This document shows, in pieces, positions 53,743 to 64,000 of a stretch of DNA of 64,000 nucleotides. The notes under the pieces are model-generated. The model searched no databases. It worked only from the letters and a program-made list of their open reading frames with translations, and was not told the origin of the DNA. How positions within the stretch are numbered: position 1 is the stretch's first letter; each line of letters opens with the position of its first letter. Source of the DNA: Dimorphilus gyrociliatus (Eukaryota > Animalia > Annelida). The translations under genes and the position numbers were made by a program. The DNA is taken from assembly GCA_904063045.1 (NCBI GenBank), contig CAJFCJ010000008.1, forward strand, positions 1,178,001-1,242,000, written 5' to 3'.

Positions 53743-56700
53743 GCCTTATATATCTCTGTCTTTTTCTTTTTCTTTTTATTCTTCCCTCTTTCTTTTCCTA
53801 TAATTAGATTGTGCCGTCTAACATAGTACTTAGTTTGTTATGGTAGTAAGGCAATATTTTCTAACTATTGGGTTCGGCATAATAACGTAAATTTCTCAGT
53901 TTAAATACGTATACAGAGGATGAACATTTCTATGTTTTCCATATAAGAAATGAAAAAGTAATTAGATTTTTTAAATCAAATGAAGATAAAAGCCGGAAAT
54001 CTTCAAAGAAAAAAAGGCTTCTGTATTTAGTTGTTCATATGTATGATAAAATAAATAAAAACCATTCTTACTATTTACTATTTGTTATATAGATGCGTCT
54101 AAATTGCGTCGAATTGAACTTTGTGTTATATAATGTAACAGCACTTGAAAGAATCCTTTAATAATGGGATGTAATTGATAAAATGAATAATAAATAGGTA
54201 GTATAGAGAAAAATATAAAAATTGCTCAAAATGTATTGTTTGATAAAATTAGCATATTTTTAATTTACTCCTCTAAAAGACCATATAATTAGCTATCCGT
54301 AAATGTATAGATATAATATATTTATTATGAATTTATAAATATTAATGTACTTAAACTAGATGTATGCTGCGCAGTCGATTTTAAGTGAAATATTCTTAAG
54401 TTTATTAAGAAATTTTAGACCTTAAACTAATTACATATAGACTTTGAAAGGTGAAAATAATCTTATCTTTTAATAGTGTTCGAGTAAAGTTTCTATTTTG
54501 GTCAGTGAGGTTAAAAGTTTTGAGGAAAAGTAAAATGATGACAAAGGAGGAAGTCAAAAAGTGCCGAAGGTGTTGGCTGAGAAAGGAAATAAGTCCATAA
54601 ACGAAAAAATAAAGAAATTTAGGGATCATTTGCAACAAAATACGCTTAAATCAGGGCGTTCTACCCCAAAGGGGAAATGAAGAAACCTAACATTTATACT
54701 TTATAATAGATTATAAATAATGATGAGTGCATATATGAAAAAGGAAAAAAAAGGGAAATGGGAAAATGAAATTAAAGAAAAAAAGGGTGAAAAATTATTC
54801 AACGTAGATGAAAAATTCATACGAATCAAATAGAAAATACGGATAATCGACCGGCCTGTTCGATAGTCAATCACCACGAAATTAGAAACTGCAATAGACT
54901 GCATCAAATTTAAGTGGCGAAGCGATGAAGAGAAGCCTGTATAGCGGCTTTGATGGAAAGATGAAGAGTCTTCCTTTCGATTAAAACCGATTTTGCTTTC
55001 GTCTAGGTAAAAAAAAGGCAATTAGGACTAATTAATTTCGAAGTAAAATGCAAAAGTGTCAAGTACAGTACTTTACACAACAAGCGCAGGACTCCGTGTA
55101 AGAACATACTGCAATAGTACAGTTTAGGACAAACACTTAGCGTAAGGTTATTTTTACAGGAATAGCCTAAGGGGATGCTTTACTGTATAAGGGAGGGCAT
55201 TGTTTCTTCTTCACAGCCTGCATTTTTTATCCTTTATTTGAATATGGAATGTACACCATATCATCAAATGTCAAATGACCGTTCACTATCAGCTTTTCTT
55301 CAACACGTTGTCGATTAATGCTAAAGTTAATGAGAGACACTGGCAAGTCTCAGGTGTGAGATGAGGATAAGCCTCGTTTAATCAGTGTGTTGCATATAAA
55401 AATATAGATAAATTTCATGACGGACAACCTAAATAACCGAAAGCGAAGGTAATTTAGAGCAATAAGCGTTTGTAGCTCCTCTTATTCCACCTCATGACTT
55501 TTTTCATTCTCTTGTAACCAGTTTTTGTCAACGACACATTGAAGCTACTTTCAAATGCAGTTGACGAGAAATTATAATGACCTAACCGTTCTATTGAAAA
55601 AGTTACTTTACCTTGAGAATTTGTACACCATGTCCGAAATCTGGTTAGGCTTTTTGTGAAAGAGTTTGTCACGTGACTAAAACTAATGTTACATAGACGA
55701 ACTTCGATCCCAGGCCAACGAGGCCGGAATGAGCTCGACGATCAAGCAAACATCACTTGACACAGACAATCAAGAGAAACGCTATCAATCAAAGTGTCTA
55801 GCATGTAATCAAAGATAAAATTGACAAGAATGTATAGACTAATAGGCCTATTTTTAGACCTTTCTATTAGTTTGCTAGTTAAACTATAATTGTTTACTGC
55901 CTCCTATACTAATTCGACCAACAAACAGGAAGGACTTTGCCACGTCTGTTTTTGCTGGTTTGCAATAAAAACAACTGCTTTCGGTTAAGATTTCTGTCTG
56001 CGAATCCTATCTATTCCTGCCCGTAATTATACTCAAACATCCCTAAAATGATATGCAAATTTATGCGGCCGCAATGCAGCGTTAATGGTCTAGCCAAAAT
56101 TTATGTTATCATATTTTCTTCTATTTCACTTGTTAACCCAGAGTTATTGATAAACATATTTCACCGAAGGACGTCCAAGCTACGCATTTAAAGGAAAAAA
56201 AAAACCTTCTTCGTTAAACTAATAGACTATAAGCGATGAATTAGAACGCCCCCTGCCGCTAGAATATCGAACCCTTCGCGTATATTTGTTTCAGATTTGC
56301 AGTCGAATGCGTTTCTAAGTTGTCCGACTATAGAAAGTTGCTCATCACTTTCAGCTATTGCCATTGGAAAGCTGTTTAATAATTTAGAAGATCTTAGGAC
56401 ATCGTCTTACTGATAAAAGATATAAGAGATAACAAAGTTGAAGTTCAACAAATGGTTCTGGTAAGTAAAAAAATAAAGAAAAACTTTTTATTGATACGTT
56501 CATTCAATGCACGTTTACAAATCGATTGTAAAATAGCTTGCTAGGATCTTTCGCTTTATACTAAAAGGCAAATATTACTTAAATATATTTAAATAAAGTA
56601 TTTGCTTTGGGTCAACGGGACGGTGTTCTGTAGAAAAGTTCCACTTTTATTGAGGCTTAGAAATACAAAAAGAAAGGAGAAATTAATGTTTTGGTACTGT

Positions 56701-59700
56701 TCTGTTTACTCAAGAAAAGAAAACAAGTAGGCTTTATAACTATACTTCTAAATATTCAATGGGAAATAAAAGTTACATTTTAAGAGAGTATTTGATTTTA
56801 GTTAACTGTATTCGCATTAAAAATATTTATAGTAAAGAAAGCGACCACGTAGGCCAATTAAAAGTGCACAGCAATTAAATGAAACTCCCAAAAGACTGAA
56901 TGAAAACGGCAGCATCTGCGCATTTCGCATTCTGATTGGTTTAAGTGAAACACGTGATCAGTTGGGCAGTGGTGTGAATCTAAAGGTTTTGAAGACGGAA
57001 TAAATTTGTATGCTTGTTACTGTAAAAGAAATAAAAAAAATTTTCCGTAGTTTGAAATTATACACAAGGACTCTCATTCTCGTTCATTTATAAATTGAAT
57101 TAGGTTTCTGCTCCGTTTTTCAATACTATTCATTCGAGAAAAGAAAAGTGCATAAATACAACTGCATTTTTACAGTAGTTTAGGAAGCATTCATCAATTT
57201 TTTATTGCTTTTATAGAAATTCAAAAAGGCTCCTTAAATGTTGATTTATAAAATAGAATTTTAGATCTTTCTTTGACGAAGGAAGTAGGTTAGGAGGGCC
57301 TGGTCATCGTTTTTTAATTGATATTTGACTTATTTTCTTCTTCCCTTCAATGAATATATTTCTGTTGAGTCAACTCTCATGAATAAGGAAATGGAAAAAA
57401 TTCTCAAGTAACCCTAATCACACGTTACGAAAGGCGCCTACCCATTTTCCCATCCCCTTTTCACTCCTATTTCCCTTAAATTTTTTAAATATCGACAAAT
57501 CAAGACAAAGAGAGGAGGCGAAGGAGTAGGAGAAATTTTGAAGTTAATCGTTAATTTTCTCGGAAATTATTTGAATTTACTTTTAATAAATAATTGATAA
57601 TGAAATATAAAATAAAAAAATTATCCTTAAATAGATTTAAATTTAATTCCAATAGCTGAAGCATTAAAGTAAGATATAGAGCTTACTGAAAAAGATAATA
57701 TTGACTCTAGATAAAGTTTGAAGTGATATTTTTTTAAATTGTTACATACAAATTCTTTGGCAAAGTCGACTTTGCTTTGCGGAAAATCTGCGAAATTAAC
57801 ATATTTCACGGAAGAAGTAACATTATACTTCTGGTCCGCTGCCGACTTTGTTAAGTACCACGTTTTTATTTTCTAACTATACCCAAAAAAGTTTGGAGAT
57901 TGACAAGTTTTTTTTTCGTTATACATCAAATGTTTAATCTTAATAGGAAATAGGAATGCAATCAGTGAGAAAAAACATGACCACTTAGACTCTCGAAAAA
58001 AAACTGTCCAAGGCAGACATGGAAACAGGTGGCAATTTACAAGAGACGGCGCGTTGACAGAGGTGTCATCAATAAGCGTATAAACGTCGTTTTGGGCCGT
58101 TACAAGAAACATGAGTGCCGTCACCCAGGGATAGTCGTGGCTACGCATTATGCATATTGAATATACCATCGTCGTTGGTGATTTTTTTTTTGGCAATCGA
58201 CGTTTCTATCATAAAGCGTCTTTTTTTCATGTCTATATTTAGGCTATTTACTATAAATTTTTGCGGTAACAAATTATTCTTTTACACTCCTAATATTATA
58301 ATTTGGAACTTCCTGCACCCAATGACATCGTTACAAAGGAAAGAAAAAGAGGCCATCTGCAGCTATATTTAATATATTTCCTTAATTTGAAGCGTCTATG
58401 TAAACGTTAGACGCTGTAATAACAGACTAATGTTTAACATAGCCACAGCGAATTCTTTGACAGACTGAATGATAAAGTCTAAAAAAGTCCTTTTGTAGGT
58501 TATAATAAGCAAATAAATTAGTAAATTTATTGAATTTACAACGTGTAGGAGATATCTACTATTTGACTTGACCAAATAAGATTGAAATAGGAGAGAGTTA
58601 GCATTGATAGACTAAGAGAATTTTTGCAATATTTTAGCTTGTACAATAGATAAAGTATATATATATATATATACATGTGTGTGTAGATATTAACTGAGAA
58701 AAACAGACTGTAATACGAAAATGTATAAGACTAAGCTAAATATATAGGATTTATAAATGAAATACAAATACTTAAGTACATAAGAAGTTAAATCGGCTTT
58801 TTTTTAACTTATTTATTGTAATAAATGCGAAGTTCATTTAGGAAAGGAAATCAATCAGACCAGCCCTATTCTTTTCGGTTTATTTTTTATTTTTCTCTGT
58901 TCTTCTTTTAACAACAAACAATTAAGTGTACTGAATACTGTATTCAAACTATTTACTAGTGCTTTTCTGCAATTAAGGAGCATTATCCATATACTAAGAG
59001 AACAAATAAATGTAAGTTTGGAACAATAAACTACTCTCCTAGTTTACCTTAAAATTATAGAGTTCTATCAATTCCTTAATTAGCATCAAGTACTAAAATG
59101 AGGTATATTTTCCGTGCACCCAATATTTTTATAATTAATATAATATCTTTTCTTTTAGTATTTTCGAAACTGCAGGATATGCATATGTTTTTTCGTTTAA
59201 TAATGAAATTAGCAGTATAAGCATGTTCACTAACAGGCATTGGAATAGTTATAACAACTCAACATAAATTGCATTACGTTAATGTCATGTCCATCCGTAG
59301 TTCAATTCGTCAAAATATGTAAACGAATATAAGCTAGTATTCATTATGAAAGGCTTTCTGAGAAGTCGTGATGGTACTTTTGTTGACATCGAATACGATT
59401 ATTATATACTATCTAAACGCCTATATCTCTAATCAGAAAAGGAGAATTTTAAGTATTTTATTAATTTCGAATGATATATGATCGGATTAGTATCTGTTTT
59501 TTGCTGTATATGTATCAAGTATTAGCACATGTTCCCAGTATTTATAGGCCAAGGTATAGATATGTAGAAAACATTTTATATCTGCCAGTATATTTATTTT
59601 TAGTATAAAGCTCGTATTTTCTCATACTATACTAATGTAGGAAATAATCATGTTGGAGGAATTTTAATAAACACATCTGTTAGATATAACTCAAATGAAT

Positions 59701-60276
59701 GAAAATTATAAAAGACCTTCGTAAATAATATCAAAATAGATATTAATTATCAATAAAAAATTGTACAATAAAAACGGAGAGCAAATTTTTTATTATACAG
59801 TAAAATATTTTTATTTTGTAAAAAAGAAGAAACAAAAGAAATATTAAATTATTAAAAATAATTATATAATAAAAATAATTTATTAACTTGTTAATAAATT
59901 TATAACGTTTGTACGAAATCCTTTGTTATTAATAATAAAATGTAAATAAAGTGATTAAGTTGATTTGGTAAAATAGAAGAGTAAAGAAAGAAACTGCGTT
60001 CAATTACTCGAAAAATTTCTTTTTTCTTTAGTTTTTTAGTAGATGGAAGGGTAAAGTATAAGTGAAAGAAGCCATAAAAACGCTTTCTGCAACCCTTACC
60101 GAAATAGTAAAAGTAGAGCAGATAATAGAATTTTACGCGATGGAACGCGGGCTATTGATGAGCTGTAGACAAATCAATATACATTAATAAACTTTGAAAT
60201 TAGATGATGGATGCTGTTTGTTGCACAGAACACGACAGCAGCAAAAAGGGGCAATGAAGGAGGATGAAGAGAGAAG

Positions 60277-60331
60277 ATGAAGTACATTTACCCTCTCGTC
60301 CTAATCGGGCAACTTCTAACTTACTTTCGTG
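60277..60331 (+). CDS. Probable first coding exon (signal peptide) of a secreted or membrane protein continuing beyond the window
   Basis: MKYIYPLVLIGQLLTYFR followed by a G|GTAAGT donor, with a gcacag acceptor at 60228. No in-frame downstream exon was found before 64000. Confidence 0.5.
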
Positions 60332-63300
60332 GTAAGTGTGAAACTTATGTATTTTTTCTGTATTGTGTAGCTAAAGGGTAAGCGTATGTGATTCAGGAGT
60401 TATAGGCTGTTTTTTTCTTTTCTTTCTACCTCTTCTATACGCTTGATTACAATTCAGCTTATTTGTCATAACCCAACTTACAAAAACACTTTCAAACTCC
60501 AATCATAAAATCGTGCGTGATTCTTAAAGTGGCTTGTATTTCAAAAGTCGTAGTAAATTCTTTCGTCACCTTTTCAGCCATCATAATTATAATACAAGAT
60601 GTTTCTGTCCTTAGATATCATCATCTAATTAGAGTTTCTCTTTAATGCTAATTAAATGGTTGAGATAATAATATCTTAAAAAAAAATTAAGTCTTTATAA
60701 ATATTTCAAAAGAACTTCATTTCTCTTTCGAATTCATCCGAAGCATCTAAAAATATGATAGAATTAATACTCCGGTACAATTTGTAGATAATTATGTAAG
60801 TAGAGATACACACAGACGAAGATATTTATACTTTTATGTAATATGTCGGTTCGCGTGACTTTATAATGTACTTATATTTCAATTAAACAGCGTCTATTTG
60901 GATATAGTAGAATATATATATATATATATATTATATACTGTATATATATATATATAAATTTATATGATAATATACGAAACTTTTTGTAAATTTGAGAATA
61001 AAGGTATTTAAAATGTGATAGAAAAAATACTCATTAAAAACTTTCATTAGAAAAATAGGACTAATAAAATTATCTGTTATAGGTTTTTACTTGTTTTTTG
61101 TATTAAAAATTATATATTTATATAGTTAATATTTTAATATAGACATTAACTGTATATATAGTATATATATACAGTATATTAGTAGTACATAGACAAACCT
61201 TTAATAAGATACAAAAACAAGTTTTTTTTTATTTAAAGGTTTATAATTTGTCAGAAAATATGACCCCTAAGTTTACTCCCTAATTTCACTTGAGTCAAAC
61301 AAGAAAAAAGTTTGCTTATTTTTCATTTTTTATAGTGTTTTTCTTTTTATTATATATAGGATTTATATAGTTTATATAAATTATATGCGCAAATATAAAA
61401 AAAATTACAAAAACAGAAAGAAAGGATGAGTTGAAAGCAAATAAAAAAAGATTTTTAAAGCATTACATTTAATATATAAACAGTTGAAGCTTAGTTTATA
61501 AGATATGAATGAATACCTATTTTTTGCATTTCTATGAGTAACTATCCGTAAATGTCTATATAAAGAAAATCCATTACGCAATAGGAAACAAAATTACTGT
61601 TTCAAAGCCGGTAGACTTTCTGGCTGGACGGATATTTTATTTGTTTATGAAAAAATATAACGGGAAAAAAAACATCAGGCTCGTCACGAATTATAAGTAA
61701 TGCATTTTTACGTCAAACTTAATCATCATAATTCTCATTTTTCGCATATGACAAACAATAATACATCAACTAAATGGACGATATGACTATTTTAATGAGT
61801 CACGTATTTAGAAGATCAACGAAGAAATTAATATAGGTGCAAAACAAGGGTACGTTTTGCACTTAGCGATTCATTGATGATCTTCTATGGTTCCATAGAG
61901 TCCAAAATTGGAAAGATTGATATGAACATTCCATTTTTTTATTGCTTTCCGGTTAGCGAATTATAGTGGGATTCTTTAGGCTATATGTGCTTTCTATTAG
62001 AGGGTAAACTAAAGAAGAATTATCCAATTGTGTGCGGATGAAGATAAATTGCTAATTGATGATGGAGAATACACAGGAAGAAAGCTATATTAACAGATTA
62101 GTTTAAGCTAATGTTTCACTTTATTCTTTCATTTTTGATATTGTATCTACCTTACTCTGACATGACGTTAATTGTTGTATATATTTGGAGGACATCAGAG
62201 CGATGCAGTCATAATGAATAGGCTTACGTTAATCTATTGAGTTTTATAGACTCTTAATAAAATTATGTCATATAAATCATGCAATTCATACTTTAGAGTA
62301 GAGGTTAAGAAACCGTCGGGTAATTGTTGTAGTCAGCTCATGGAAGAGAATTTTCCAACTACCAGAAAAAGTCCATGTTATGACCTTTTTTATTAAGTAA
62401 GTAGGTGACTATTCTAAAAATTCAATATGACAATTCCTTTGGAAAACGAAGAAAAAGGAGAATTTTTACTATGGAACGAATGTCGTTTCCCGGCGGCTCG
62501 TTAAGTCGGTTGATTCGGTTTTGTGGAGGCAAATTTTTTTTCGCTATGCATAAATCAAAGAGGAAATTTAGCAGTCAGGCGACGCATCAGTCAAATGACA
62601 GATGATCGCATCTTTCTCCAGACAAACGAGTGTTTGAATATAAGATCTATTCTTTTAATATCAAGCTTTTTATTCTTTAATATCATAGGATGCAATTTTA
62701 ATAGACAATCAATCACGTTGTATTTTGAAATTTGATAGAGTATACTATGATGGTTATACAATACTTATCGATGTATCAATCGATCCTTTTTAACCGATAC
62801 CGTACTCGTAAAAGCAACAGTATCTTTTCAAAGCATAGTCTTTAAGAGAAAGATTAGACGAATAGTACATTTACCAAATGGCAATAATTATCTATCATTA
62901 TTGAAAAATTCAAAGACAAAATTATTTTTGATTACATCTCATTAAATATTAATTTTAATTTTCAATAATGAAAAAAAACTTTTAAATTAAAATTTTCAAG
63001 TACAAGCCATCCTCTAAAAATATTCTCTGCTCGCATATTCCACACTAATGTATACTGCATATAAATAGAAAAAAACAGTGAGGGTGTCTATCTTATTTCA
63101 TTTTTTTGCGTTTATAATTCTGAGAGAAAGCTCTTATGTACTAAAAAATTTTTATCAATGTACGTAATTCAACTTCTAAACTAGAAATGGCCTAATTTTT
63201 TTCTTAGAAATCAAGTTCTTATATTTTTAGACAGAAGTATTTTAATTTAATAGACTGATTTTTAAACAAATGTGACTCAAATTACGTATTTTGGTTCTAT

Positions 63301-63825
63301 ACTCCTTGAAGACGAAAGCTAAGCATTGATAGACTCTATTTATTCATTTTTAGGCTTAATTATGTATCTAAATATACAGCCGCACGCTATACAAGTAATT
63401 ACCATCCAGATCGATCGGAAAGTTTATTGCGCAAGTGATGAATTGGTGGCCATTTGAATAATAGCCCCTTCCCAGTACGGCTTTTGTTTGTCATCAGCGA
63501 CAAACTAGACACAAACGTGCCAGCACAGTTGTCAAACGAAGCTAGCTTGATTGTGCAAATGCAATTGTAGAAGCAGAGCTGTGGGCTGAAGAATTTGTTG
63601 GTATATACATATATACTGTATATATATATATATATGTATATATATAGTATATATATATATATATATATATATACCGCATATGTGCATATATTTAGATATA
63701 TATAGTGTATAAATTCACAAGTCACTCTATTTAACATATACCTATATAATTTATGTTTATGATTCTCTGAGAAGCTATATCTACATTTGCGGTAGTTTTT
63801 CAAGGATAAAATGAAAATAGCAGAG

Positions 63826-63866
63826 AACTAAATAGAGACGAAACTAAATAGAGACGAAACTAAATA
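63826..63866. repeat. 16-bp tandem duplication
   Basis: aactaaatagagacga twice, plus a partial third copy. Confidence 0.85.
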
Positions 63867-64000
63867 AAGAAGATAAATGTTCATTCTTTTAAAAAATAAC
63901 ACGTATTAAGTCACATTTATTATATTAAATAATATTATATAACATTATTGCATCTACATATATCTATATATATATTTATATTAAAATAATATATATACTC

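Noticed and set aside
54405-58372. ORFs 54405-54638, 54701-55021, 55454-55672, 57873-58196 and 58115-58372
   Set aside because: No recognisable domains, composition biased by A/T runs, and no consistent splice chain.
63399-63803. 134-aa minus-strand ORF
   Set aside because: Kept open by a (TA)n tract (IYIYIY) and shows no homology.

Overview
AT-rich (by eye about 27-30% GC) animal genomic DNA with short spliceosomal introns, consistent with a compact-genome marine invertebrate, probably a lophotrochozoan such as an annelid. The taxon is an inference. Splicing exons by hand gives eight recognisable genes: a partial tachykinin-receptor-like GPCR (-), TPPP/p25alpha (+), a secreted type-B carboxylesterase (+), a GT31 beta-1,3-galactosyltransferase (+), a P-loop sulfotransferase with signal peptide and C-terminal anchor (-), tektin-3 (-), a Rhes/RASD-type small GTPase (-) and an Egt2/L-cysteine-desulfhydrase-like PLP lyase (-). 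The best hidden signal is a 3-exon, 73-aa secreted peptide precursor at 48311-49346 (-), absent from the ORF track. It has a signal peptide, a cationic amphipathic peptide, a KR site, and a Gln-started, Gly-ended peptide (pyroGlu/amide signature). Other patterns are 14 copies of TATAC(A/T)GTATA matching Tc1/mariner excision footprints, 11 non-coding CTCF-like motifs, a GC-AG intron and candidate extra exons. The last 11 kb appear non-coding apart from the signal-peptide first exon of a + strand gene that probably continues beyond the window. No tRNA, rRNA, CRISPR array or intact transposon was seen. All gene models are manual and lack transcript evidence.
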